DNA of 64,000 nucleotides from an uncultured Candidatus Binatia bacterium (GTDB lineage: Bacteria > Desulfobacterota > Binatia > UBA9968 > JAJDTQ01): positions 1,408,001-1,472,000 of the forward strand of contig OZ244070.1 of assembly GCA_965215605.1 (NCBI GenBank). Reading direction: 5' to 3'. The position numbers and the translations under genes were made by a program. This document shows positions 1 to 8,859 of this stretch, piece after piece. Each line of letters starts with the position of its first letter. The stretch's first letter is position 1. Below the pieces are notes generated by a model that worked only from the letters and a program-made list of their open reading frames with translations, was not told the origin of the DNA and searched no databases.

Positions 1-250
1 AGAAGCCCAGGAAGCGCTTGCGGTAGCCGCCCCGGTCGGCCAGGGCGCCCAGCACCGGCGACATGAGCGCCACCGACACCGCCGTGATGCCGACGCACCG
101 GGACCACTGCCACGTCCCCGTCACCTCGTCCGGGGCGATGACCTTGGTGAAGAAGGCCGCGTAGATGAAGGTCACCACCAGGGTGGTGAAGGCGGAGTTG
201 GCGAAGTCGTAGAAACACCAGGCGGCGACGGCGCGGCGGGAGGCGGGCAT
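1..250 (-). CDS. MFS transporter, UMF1/Atg22-like (partial, runs off the left edge)
   Basis: Manual translation from the ATG at 250 gives MPASRRAVAAWCFYDFANSAFTTLVVTFIYAAFF...SPVLGALADRGGYRKRFL, with the WxxYDFANSAF and GALAD motifs of this family. Confidence 0.85.
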   Translation of the reverse strand, partial: MPASRRAVAAWCFYDFANSAFTTLVVTFIYAAFFTKVIAPDEVTGTWQWSRCVGITAVSVALMSPVLGALADRGGYRKRFLGF

Positions 251-306
251 GGGGGGCGATGCTACACGGGACGGGGGGTGGATGCCAGCCCCGGCCCCGC
301 CGCCCG

Positions 307-342
307 CCGCGTATTGCAAACGCGCCCGGAATCGGCTGAAAT
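307..342. repeat. 36-bp direct repeat, left copy
   Basis: ccgcgtattgcaaacgcgcccggaatcggctgaaat is identical to 2265-2300. The match extends to 347/2305 with one mismatch. Confidence 0.95.
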
Positions 343-473
343 CAAACCGTGGGCTCGTGACTTGGAGACGAGCGCAAGTGAGGCGGAGGCCTTGGCCAAT
401 ATAGGGGCCGCCATCCAGGCCGGTTGATGGCGGCGGAGTCCGGCACGATGGATACCACGGGATAGGTGGCGCT

Positions 474-1829
474 ATGGGCGCGATTAACAGGTTTTTTCTT
501 CGAGATGTCCGCTGTTTTGAGGGCAGCCATACGTTCGAGATACGGCCCTTGACGTTTCTTGTCGGCGAGAACAGCACGGGTAAGTCAACTGTCCTCGGCT
601 CTCTCCATGCGCTGGGGAGTTGCCTCGAATACCGCTATGCCGATATCGATTTCAATTCCGAACCATACCAGATGGGGGCCTTTGCCGATATCGTCAGGAG
701 ATCGCGACCCAGAAAACAGGATTTTCAACTGGGTCTGGAAATCTCTACGGACGGGGGCGCCACAGTACAATTCTTCGTTACCCTGACCGAGAAGGAGAGA
801 GGCTCGGAACCGCTCTTTCGTAGTGCGCGGTGGGTCTTCGACGATGGAGAGATCGAGTTGTCGGCCCTTGACGATGATCAGGACGAAAGGGGCCGCGGTT
901 TCCATGTGACACAGAACTCCCCGGATCATTTTCATATCCGACTGGACAACGCCAGCGTTTGGCAGTTCGTCTTGGTCGAGCTTCCGTATTTGGGTTCACA
1001 CCTTGAGAATGAGAAGGCCGAGCCGTCCGATGCCTCGCAGCCTGACTCGAGTATGGCAGCGAAAAACCTGCAAGCTTTCGTAAACCGGAAATGCTCCGAG
1101 GGTCGCGGGACCCGCGGAGCATATCGATTCGGACCCTTTTTTGGTTTACGTTCGTCTTCGATCCGGAGCATCGCACCTGTACGTTCGAAGCCGAAGCGGA
1201 CTTATGATCCCCTCAAGGAGACGGAAACCCCGGACGGCAGCGAGATTCCGGTAGCGTTGATGAACCTGAGTATTTCAAGAAAAGCAGAGTGGACGGAACT
1301 CAGGACGCATCTTCTGGATTTCGGTCGGGCTTCCGGTCTGTTCTCCGACATCGCTATCCGTAGGCTGGGCGGTTCGGGGGGGGATCCGTTTCAGTTGCAG
1401 ATAAAGGTTAGCGGTCCGAGGGCCAATCTGATGGATGTCGGTTACGGCGTCAGTCAAGTGCTGCCGATCCTTGTCCGAATCCTTACCGGACGTCACGCCA
1501 CGTTTTTGTTGCAACAACCGGAAGTTCACTTGCACCCGAAGGGCCAAGCCGAACTCTCGTCCCTTCTGGTGGACGTTCATCGCAGCCACGACAACTCGTT
1601 CGTCATCGAGACACATAGCGACCATATGATCGATCGCGTCCGCATCGAGATACGACGAGGCAGGATCAAACCGGAGGACGTTTCACTGATTTATCTTGAA
1701 CCCGTGGGCAATCACGTGCGGACTCACAACATCACCTTCGACAGGCGCGCGAATATGGTCGGCGTTCCTCAACATTACCGCGGTTTCTTTCTCCACGAAG
1801 CGGATCGGTTGCTTGGGCTGACGGATTGA
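474..1829 (+). CDS. ABC-type ATPase (AAA_15/AAA_21-like) with DUF3696-like C-terminus
   Basis: Walker A GENSTGKS, signature-like DVGYGVSQ, Walker B/D-loop LLQQPEVHLHP and H-loop IETHSDH. Confidence 0.85.
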   Translation: MGAINRFFLRDVRCFEGSHTFEIRPLTFLVGENSTGKSTVLGSLHALGSCLEYRYADIDFNSEPYQMGAFADIVRRSRPRKQDFQLGLEISTDGGATVQFFVTLTEKERGSEPLFRSARWVFDDGEIELSALDDDQDERGRGFHVTQNSPDHFHIRLDNASVWQFVLVELPYLGSHLENEKAEPSDASQPDSSMAAKNLQAFVNRKCSEGRGTRGAYRFGPFFGLRSSSIRSIAPVRSKPKRTYDPLKETETPDGSEIPVALMNLSISRKAEWTELRTHLLDFGRASGLFSDIAIRRLGGSGGDPFQLQIKVSGPRANLMDVGYGVSQVLPILVRILTGRHATFLLQQPEVHLHPKGQAELSSLLVDVHRSHDNSFVIETHSDHMIDRVRIEIRRGRIKPEDVSLIYLEPVGNHVRTHNITFDRRANMVGVPQHYRGFFLHEADRLLGLTD

Positions 1830-1832
1830 AAA

Positions 1833-2246
1833 ATGTGCGTGATCCTGGATGCCAACAGCTACAGTGACTTTCTCGACATGGGACATGCAGGCATGCGGCC
1901 CCTTCGGGAGTGGTTGAGGACGCGAGGGAAACTCGTCTACGCACCAACCGAAAAGATGAGAGCGGAGCTCGAAAGCCACGGACCCATGAAGAAGCGGTTG
2001 ATGGAATACTCTCAGGCGGGTCGGATCAAGGAAGTCGATCAGGCCGAGGTTATTGCCAAGGAGGACGTATTGACGGGTCTCGCGTCCGATGACGGGCACA
2101 TTGTAGCACTCGCGCTCGTTGCTGGAGTGAATGTGCTTGTTTCACATGACAAGAACCTGCATGAGGACTTCAAGAGAATCGTCAATGGCAGGGTATATCA
2201 GAATGAAAAACACAAACATCTCCTGCGACGAGACACCTGTCCTTGA
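1833..2246 (+). CDS. PIN-domain protein (putative ribonuclease)
   Basis: N-terminal VILDAN, central E, DDGHIVALA and LVSHDKNL acidic motifs. Starts 3 bp after the ATPase stop. Confidence 0.8.
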   Translation: MCVILDANSYSDFLDMGHAGMRPLREWLRTRGKLVYAPTEKMRAELESHGPMKKRLMEYSQAGRIKEVDQAEVIAKEDVLTGLASDDGHIVALALVAGVNVLVSHDKNLHEDFKRIVNGRVYQNEKHKHLLRRDTCP

Positions 2247-2264
2247 GCATCGTCAAGGGCGCCT

Positions 2265-2300
2265 CCGCGTATTGCAAACGCGCCCGGAATCGGCTGAAAT
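2265..2300. repeat. 36-bp direct repeat, right copy
   Basis: Identical to 307-342. Confidence 0.95.
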
Positions 2301-2339
2301 GAAACTATCACTCCTTGTCTACATTTCAGGAGGGCCTCG

Positions 2340-2810
2340 ATGAGTTGCGCACAGCGAATCCGGCGGGCGGTGGTGCCCGTGGTGGTCATGGCGTTCCTGG
2401 CGGGGGCGGCGGGCACGGCGTGGGCCGTGGACCCGGTGTTCTCCACCTATCTGGGGGGCGCCATCCGGGGGTACGACCCGGTGGCCTACCACGCGGAGGG
2501 GAAGCCGGTGAAGGGCAAGCGGGCCCACCGGGCGGAATGGAAGGGAGCCACGTGGTCCTTCGCCAGCGCGGAGAACAAGGCGCTGTTCGAGGCTGACCCG
2601 GAGAAGTACGCGCCCAGGTACGGCGGCTACTGCGCCTGGGCGGTGAGCAACGGCTACACCGCCTCCGTCGACCCGGACGCCTGGAGCATCGTGGACGGCA
2701 AGCTGTACCTCAACTACAGCCTGGGGGTGCGGCAGCAGTGGTCCGGTGACATCCCCGGCAACATCGCCAAGGGCGACGTCAACTGGCCCAAGCTGCTGGC
2801 GGGCAAGTAG
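2340..2810 (+). CDS. Exported YHS-domain protein
   Basis: Signal peptide (AWA), GYDPVAY, F..DPEKYAPRYGGYCAWAV and VDGKLYLNY. RBS aggagg upstream. Confidence 0.9.
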   Translation: MSCAQRIRRAVVPVVVMAFLAGAAGTAWAVDPVFSTYLGGAIRGYDPVAYHAEGKPVKGKRAHRAEWKGATWSFASAENKALFEADPEKYAPRYGGYCAWAVSNGYTASVDPDAWSIVDGKLYLNYSLGVRQQWSGDIPGNIAKGDVNWPKLLAGK

Positions 2811-2832
2811 GCGGCCGCCGGCACGGCCGGCT

Positions 2833-3981
2833 TCAGGGCCAAAGCCCACCCGACCGCAACGCCTCGAGAAACCGTTTCACCGGCCACACGTCAATGCCGT
2901 CTTCGGTGCGGAAGGCGCGCCGGCCGTCGTGGACCAGAACGCGCCGGACCAGTCCCGGCAGGTCCTCGATGGCGCGCAGTCCCCTGAGCAAGGCGGTGTT
3001 GTACCGTCTCGCGGCCTTGGCTTCGACGGCGAGGTATTCGCCGTCGCGGCGAAGCAGGAAGTCGACCTCGGTGCTCGATTCCGCCGGCGCCCAGTAGTGG
3101 ATGCTGTCGAATATCGGCTGCTCTTCCGCGTGGGCGCGCAGCAGGCCGAGGATCCAGCCCTCGAACAGGGCGCCGCGTTCCTCCGCGGACACGGGCCCGA
3201 GCTGGCGTTTCACGGCTCGCACCACGCCGGGGTCCACCCAGTAGAGCTTGGGCCGGCGGCGTTCGCGTACCCGCAGCCTGGCCTCGAAGGCCGGCAGGCG
3301 CCAGGTGAGCAGCGTGTCTTCGAGAATGTCCAGGTAGCCGGCGACGGTGGTCCGCGCCACGCCCGCGTCCCGGGCGATGCCCGCCACGTTCAACGCCTGT
3401 CCGTGCAGCAGGGCGGCAATGGGCAGGAAACGAACGAAACCGGGCAGGTTGCGGACCGCGGCCTCCGCGCGGATTTCTTCCCGCAGGTATAGCTGCGTAT
3501 AGCTTTCGAGGACCTCGCGACGGTTGTCCGCGGTCCAGACCACGGGGAGGCTGCCGTACATGAGCACTTCGTCCAGGTTGAAGTCACGGCCGAGTTCCCG
3601 CGGGACGAGGGGGTACATGGCCTTGCGGACGGCCCGTCCGGCCAACAGGTTCGTGCCCGCGGTCTTGAGCTTTCGCGCACTGGAGCCGAGCAGCGCGAAG
3701 CGCAGGCCGCGTTCTTCGATCTGCCTGTGCACCTCGTTCAGCAGCGCGGGGATGCGCTGCACCTCGTCAATGACGACCCAGTCGCCCGGCGCGGCGGTGG
3801 AGACCAGGTCCCGGAACAACGACGTGTCGGCCAGGAGATCGTGAAACAGGGCTTCGTCGAGCAGGTCGAAGCGCGGCGCGTCCGGCAGGGTCACGCGCGC
3901 CCACCAGCTCTTGCCGACGCCGCGCACGCCGAACAGGAAGAAGCTGCGGGCCGGCGGCCGAGTGATTCGGCTGTATACCAT
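2833..3981 (-). CDS. AAA_14 ATPase with DUF4143 domain
   Basis: Walker A GVRGVGKS, Walker B VVIDEVQR, LGSS, LAGRA, PKLYWVDPG and C-terminal EVDF...AVEAK. Start placed at ATG 3981. Confidence 0.9.
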   Translation of the reverse strand: MVYSRITRPPARSFFLFGVRGVGKSWWARVTLPDAPRFDLLDEALFHDLLADTSLFRDLVSTAAPGDWVVIDEVQRIPALLNEVHRQIEERGLRFALLGSSARKLKTAGTNLLAGRAVRKAMYPLVPRELGRDFNLDEVLMYGSLPVVWTADNRREVLESYTQLYLREEIRAEAAVRNLPGFVRFLPIAALLHGQALNVAGIARDAGVARTTVAGYLDILEDTLLTWRLPAFEARLRVRERRRPKLYWVDPGVVRAVKRQLGPVSAEERGALFEGWILGLLRAHAEEQPIFDSIHYWAPAESSTEVDFLLRRDGEYLAVEAKAARRYNTALLRGLRAIEDLPGLVRRVLVHDGRRAFRTEDGIDVWPVKRFLEALRSGGLWP

Positions 3982-4136
3982 GTTGTTAAAAATAGCCGAA
4001 AAGTGACGGCATAACAATCATCGCGGAGACGGCGCGCGGATAACGGTTGCGCTGCTCTTGCATTGAATTCGGCATCGAATTCGGTTACGCATTCCAGAGG
4101 CATTATCCTACAGGGCGGCATCGGAACGGAGCCACC

Positions 4137-5090
4137 ATGAAGTACTCGAAGCACGACGCCAAGGCCTACGCCCGGGAGCACATGAAGGGCGTCTGGGCGG
4201 CGGCGATGAACCCTTTCAACGACGACTTCTCGTTCAACGAGGAGGGGCTGCGGCGGAACATCCGGCACTGGGTCGACGACCTGGGGATCGCCGGGCTCTT
4301 CATCGCCGGCAAGCAGGGGGAGTTCTTCTCCATGTCCCTGGAGGAGCGCAAGCGGAACTTCGAGATCGCGGTGGAAGAGACCCGCGGCAAGGCCGGCACC
4401 ATCATGTCGTGCTCGGACCAGAACTTCGACACGGTGGTGGAGCTGGCGCGGCACGCCGAGGCCGTGGGGGCGGACTACATCGTGGTGCACGCGCCCATGC
4501 TGCACTTCGTCAGCGACCGGGACGACGCCGTCTACCACTACTACAAGGCGGTGTGCGACCGGGTGGACATCGGCATCGCCATGTGGAGCCACCCGGACTC
4601 GGGCTACCTGATGAGCCCGGAGCTGTGCCAGCGGGTGGCGGAGCTGCCCAACATCGTCGCCATCAAGTACTCGGTGCCCCGGCCCATGTACGCGGACCTG
4701 ACCAAGCTGGCCGGGGACCGGCTCATCGTCAGCACCGCCTCGGAAGAGGAGTGGCTCGACAACATCGTGGAGCTGGGCTGGCAGCTCTACCTCTGCTCCT
4801 CGCCCCCCTACCTGCTGCAGACCCGGAACGACCGGCGCATGCACGAGTACACCCAGCTCGCCCTGGACGGACAGGGCGAGCTGGCGCGCCAGGTCCGGGA
4901 CAGCCTGAACCCCGTCCGGGAGGCCATCGCCAGGTCCCGCCCCGGCGGCAAGCCCCACGCCCACCAGAAATACTGGCAGGAGCTATTGGGCCAGGTGGGC
5001 GGGCCGGTCCGCCCACCGTTCCTCCCGCTCACCGAGGAGGAGAAGGGACGGACGCGGGAGGCCTTCGAGGGGTGCGGGCTGAGGGTGTAG
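4137..5090 (+). CDS. Dihydrodipicolinate synthase-family aldolase (not DapA)
   Basis: GKQGEFFSMS in place of GTTGE, with the Schiff-base Lys in AIKYS. ATG at 4137 follows ggag. Confidence 0.85.
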   Translation: MKYSKHDAKAYAREHMKGVWAAAMNPFNDDFSFNEEGLRRNIRHWVDDLGIAGLFIAGKQGEFFSMSLEERKRNFEIAVEETRGKAGTIMSCSDQNFDTVVELARHAEAVGADYIVVHAPMLHFVSDRDDAVYHYYKAVCDRVDIGIAMWSHPDSGYLMSPELCQRVAELPNIVAIKYSVPRPMYADLTKLAGDRLIVSTASEEEWLDNIVELGWQLYLCSSPPYLLQTRNDRRMHEYTQLALDGQGELARQVRDSLNPVREAIARSRPGGKPHAHQKYWQELLGQVGGPVRPPFLPLTEEEKGRTREAFEGCGLRV

Positions 5091-5122
5091 GGGAAGCCAT
5101 TTCCCAGGGTCCGGCCTCCCCC

Positions 5123-6325
5123 ATGCACGTCGCGTTCGTCATCCCCTACCTCGGCGGCAACGGCGCCGAGCGGGTGGTCTACCGGCTTGCCCGCGGTTTC
5201 GCGGCGCGCGGCCACAAGGTGGACATCGTCCTGTTCCACACCATCATCCACCGGAGCCTTCCCGAGGAGGCGCGGGTGTTTCTTGCGGGAGACGCGCCGG
5301 ACCGGCTCACGGAAGAACGAAACGGGGACGTGCTCGCGCGCTCGGTGCGGTTGCGCGCACGTCCCGGCCCGCGGGACTGGATGCGCGCGGCCCGCGCCTT
5401 CGGCTGGAACCCGCTCTGCCTGCCCGGCAGCCGCCTGCTCCGGCAGACCCGGGCGGTTGCCTCGTACATGGAGACGGAACGTCCGGACTGCATGCTGCCG
5501 CACCTCACCCGTTCCCAGGCGGCCACGTTGCTGGCCGGCCGCCTGCTGGGCGGGCACCCGCCGGTCATACCGACGGTGCACAGCGACGTTCATCACCGGT
5601 CGCGCCGAGACCGGCAGAGGTCCCGGCACCTTGCCGGCGGCGCGGCGCACTTCGTCGGGGTGTCCCGCGGGGTTTCCGACAGCCTGGCGGACGCCGCCGG
5701 CATTCCGGCGAAACGCATCACCACGATCCACAACCCGGTATTCATGCCGGACATCCGGACGCGGGGCGGGGAGCCCGCGGACCACCCCTGGCTTTCGGAC
5801 GGCGGTCCGCCGGTCATCCTGGCGGCGGGCCGGCTGACCAGGGAGAAGGACTACCCGACGCTGATTCGGGGGTTCGCGCTGCTGGCCGCGCGGCGACCGT
5901 GCCGGCTGGTGATCCTCGGACAGGGAGAACAGCGGACGAAGATCGAGCAGCTCGCCGCGAGCCTGGGCGTCGCCGGCCGCGTGTCGCTGCCCGGATGGGT
6001 GGAGAACCCGTTCGCCTTCATGTCCCGGGCATCCCTGTTCGTGTTGTCGTCGATCTATGAAGGGCTGCCGAGCGTCCTGGTCGAGGCCATGGCGTGTGGC
6101 TGCCCCTGCGTCAGCACGGACTGTCCCGCCGGCCCCCGGGAGATCCTCGAGGACGGGCGGCTGGGGCCTCTCGTTCCGGTGGGCGACGAGGGCGGGTTGG
6201 CAGACGCCATGGAGCGGGTGCTGGATCGGCCGCCCGACGCCCACGCGTTGCGGGAACGGGCCGAGGACTTCTCCGGCGAGGCGTCGGTGGCCGCTTATGA
6301 GGCGTTGATTTCACGCTTCGTGTGA
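5123..6325 (+). CDS. GT4-family glycosyltransferase (paralogue 1)
   Basis: GGNGAER, AAGRLTREKDY and EGLPSVLVEAMACG (EX7E motif). Confidence 0.9.
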   Translation: MHVAFVIPYLGGNGAERVVYRLARGFAARGHKVDIVLFHTIIHRSLPEEARVFLAGDAPDRLTEERNGDVLARSVRLRARPGPRDWMRAARAFGWNPLCLPGSRLLRQTRAVASYMETERPDCMLPHLTRSQAATLLAGRLLGGHPPVIPTVHSDVHHRSRRDRQRSRHLAGGAAHFVGVSRGVSDSLADAAGIPAKRITTIHNPVFMPDIRTRGGEPADHPWLSDGGPPVILAAGRLTREKDYPTLIRGFALLAARRPCRLVILGQGEQRTKIEQLAASLGVAGRVSLPGWVENPFAFMSRASLFVLSSIYEGLPSVLVEAMACGCPCVSTDCPAGPREILEDGRLGPLVPVGDEGGLADAMERVLDRPPDAHALRERAEDFSGEASVAAYEALISRFV

Positions 6326-7530
6326 TTCCAGTGCATGTCGCGTTCACCATTCCCGACCTCGGCGGGGGCGGCGCCGAGACCGTGGTGCTCAACCTGGCGG
6401 AGGAGTTGCTTCGCCGCGGGCACCGGGTCGACATCGTCCTGCTCCAGGCGATCGTTCAACGTCATGTTCCCCAAGGAACACGCCTCTTCGTCGCGGGCGA
6501 CACGACGGAGTTGTCGGTTCCCGGGAAGGTGGCACCCGAGACCCGGCCACAAGTGATCGAGGCGCCCACGACCTCGACATCCGCCGACTGGATACGCGCG
6601 GCAAGGGCCTTGAACCGGGACCCGCTCTGCCTGCCCAGCATGCGGCTGGTGCGTCAGGCGCGCGCGGTGGCATCCTACATGGAACACGAGAAACCGGACT
6701 GCGTTCTCCCCAACATCCGCCGCGCGCAGTTCGCCACGCTGCTGGCGTGCCGGCTGTTCAAACGGCATCCGCCCGTGGCGCCGATCGTCCACAATCTCGT
6801 CCGGGGCCGCCGGCACCTGCGCCGGCTGCGTCACCTGGCCGGGGACGCCGCGGGTTTCATCTGCGTATCCCACGGCATCGCCGCCAATCTGGCCGCCGCC
6901 GTGGGAGTCCTGGCCGACCACATCACCACGATCTACAATCCCGTGGTTACGGCGGAACTGCACGCCAAGGCATCGGAACCGCCGGCCCATCCCTGGCTTG
7001 AGGACGGCGGCCCGCCGGTCGTCGTCGCGGCGGGGCACCTGGAAGAGCGCAAGGACTTCGCAACGCTCATCAGGGCCTTCGAGCGCCTGACCGCGCGCCG
7101 TGCGTGCCGGCTGGTCATCCTCGGCGAGGGGAAGCAACGGCAACAACTCGAAACGCTCGTCACGGACCTCGGCCTCGCCGGCCGGGTCTCGCTGCCGGGA
7201 TGGGTCGAGAACCCCCAGGCGCTGTTTGCCCGGGCGTCGCTCTTCGTGCTTTCATCGGTCCACGAAGGGCTCCCGACGGTGCTGATCGAGGCGCTGGCGT
7301 GCGGCTGTCCCTGTGTCAGCACGGACTGCCCGGCCGGCCCGGCGGAGATACTGCAGCACGGATCATTCGGCCCCCTCGTTCCGGTCGGCGACGAGGCCGC
7401 GCTGGCGGAGGCCATGGATCGGGTCCTCCAACGACCACCGGACAGGAACCGGCTGCGGCAGCGGGGGGCGGACTTCTCGGCACAGAAGGCCGGCGATGAC
7501 TACGAGCAGTTGTTGGGGAGCCTGGTCTGA
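6322..7530 (+). CDS. GT4-family glycosyltransferase (paralogue 2)
   Basis: GGGGAE and EGLPTVLIEALACG. GTGA overlap with the upstream gene. Confidence 0.9.
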   Translation: MIPVHVAFTIPDLGGGGAETVVLNLAEELLRRGHRVDIVLLQAIVQRHVPQGTRLFVAGDTTELSVPGKVAPETRPQVIEAPTTSTSADWIRAARALNRDPLCLPSMRLVRQARAVASYMEHEKPDCVLPNIRRAQFATLLACRLFKRHPPVAPIVHNLVRGRRHLRRLRHLAGDAAGFICVSHGIAANLAAAVGVLADHITTIYNPVVTAELHAKASEPPAHPWLEDGGPPVVVAAGHLEERKDFATLIRAFERLTARRACRLVILGEGKQRQQLETLVTDLGLAGRVSLPGWVENPQALFARASLFVLSSVHEGLPTVLIEALACGCPCVSTDCPAGPAEILQHGSFGPLVPVGDEAALAEAMDRVLQRPPDRNRLRQRGADFSAQKAGDDYEQLLGSLV

Positions 7531-7578
7531 TTTGCCATGGCCGGACATGGGAGCGTGACTTCGTGAAGGGAACCGTGC

Positions 7579-8859
7579 GTGCATGTCGCTCTCGTCATTC
7601 CTGATCTCGGCGGCGGCGGCGCCGAGCGCTCGATGCTCGCGTTGGCGGGCGGGTTGATCGAACGCGGCCACAAGATCGACCTTGTCCTGTTCCGGACGCG
7701 GATTCACTACGCGGACGAGGTCCCGGACGGCGCGCGCCTCTTCGTCCTGTCGAGCCGCCGGCCGGACCGGCGCACGGTGGACAGCGCCGGCAAGGTGTTG
7801 CCTCGACTGACTCCGGTCTCCTCGGCCTCGACCCCGCTCGACTGGGTCCGCCTGGCCGGCGCGCTCCATTGGGACCCACGCTGCCTGCCCGGCAGGCTCC
7901 TGGCGCGCCAGGCCAGGGCCGTGGCATCCTATGTCGCACGGGAGAACCCCGACTGCGTGCTGCCGAGCCTTCCCCGCCCCAAGATCGCAACGCTCCTCGG
8001 GTGCAGCCTGTTGGGCGATGCTCCTCCCGTGGTGCCCACGGTACGCAACATCATTCGATACAGCGACCGGCAGAGGCGGCAAGCCGGGCACCTGTTCCCA
8101 AGCGCCGCGCACTTCATCTGCGTATCGAACGGCGTGTCCGAGAGTCTGGCCTCGTCCATCGGAATCCCTCGGGACAGGATCGCGACCATCTACAACCCCG
8201 TGGTCACCCGGCATCTCCGCGCGGGGTCGAGCCAGCGCCCGAACCATCCCTGGCTGCGGGACGGCGGCGCGCCGGTCGTGCTGGCTGCCGGACGGCTGAC
8301 GCCGCAGAAGGACTACCCTACCCTGCTCAAGGCCTTCGCGCGCCTGGCGGCGCGGCGCCCGTGCCGGCTGATCATCCTCGGTGAAGGGGAATGCCGGGAT
8401 GAGCTCGAAAGGCTGACCCATGAGATGAAACTGACGGATCGGGTCTCCCTGCCGGGCTGGGTGGAGAATCCGTTCGCGTTCATGTCCCGGGCGGCGCTGT
8501 TCGTGTTGTCGTCCCTGCACGAAGGCCTGCCCGGGGTCCTCATCCAGGCCCTGGCCTGCGGCTGCCCCTGCGTCAGCACCGATTGCCCCGCGGGTCCCTC
8601 GGAGATCCTGCGGGACGGGGAGGTCGGCCCGCTGGTTCCCGTCGGCGATGAGATCGCGCTGGCGGATGCCATGGCACAAGTCCTGGATGAACCTCCGGAC
8701 CCGCAAAGGCTGAAGGAGCACGGGGCGAGCTTCTCCGAAGAGCGGGCGGCGGCGGCGTACGAAGACCTGATCTCGTCCGTGGTGGGGACGGGCGGCCGGC
8801 ACGGCCGAACAGGGGCACGGGCCGAGACATCGAAGCAGACGGCATGCGCATCGTCCTGA
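7579..8859 (+). CDS. GT4-family glycosyltransferase (paralogue 3)
   Basis: GGGGAER, AGRLTPQKDY and EGLPGVLIQALACG. Confidence 0.9.
   Translation: MHVALVIPDLGGGGAERSMLALAGGLIERGHKIDLVLFRTRIHYADEVPDGARLFVLSSRRPDRRTVDSAGKVLPRLTPVSSASTPLDWVRLAGALHWDPRCLPGRLLARQARAVASYVARENPDCVLPSLPRPKIATLLGCSLLGDAPPVVPTVRNIIRYSDRQRRQAGHLFPSAAHFICVSNGVSESLASSIGIPRDRIATIYNPVVTRHLRAGSSQRPNHPWLRDGGAPVVLAAGRLTPQKDYPTLLKAFARLAARRPCRLIILGEGECRDELERLTHEMKLTDRVSLPGWVENPFAFMSRAALFVLSSLHEGLPGVLIQALACGCPCVSTDCPAGPSEILRDGEVGPLVPVGDEIALADAMAQVLDEPPDPQRLKEHGASFSEERAAAAYEDLISSVVGTGGRHGRTGARAETSKQTACASS

Noticed and set aside
2340-2810. YHS protein as a selenoprotein
   Set aside because: The motif is YGGYCAW with a TGC Cys codon, and there is no in-frame TGA.
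4137-5090. dapA (lysine biosynthesis)
   Set aside because: It lacks GTTGE and has no lysine-pathway context, so only a family-level call is supported.
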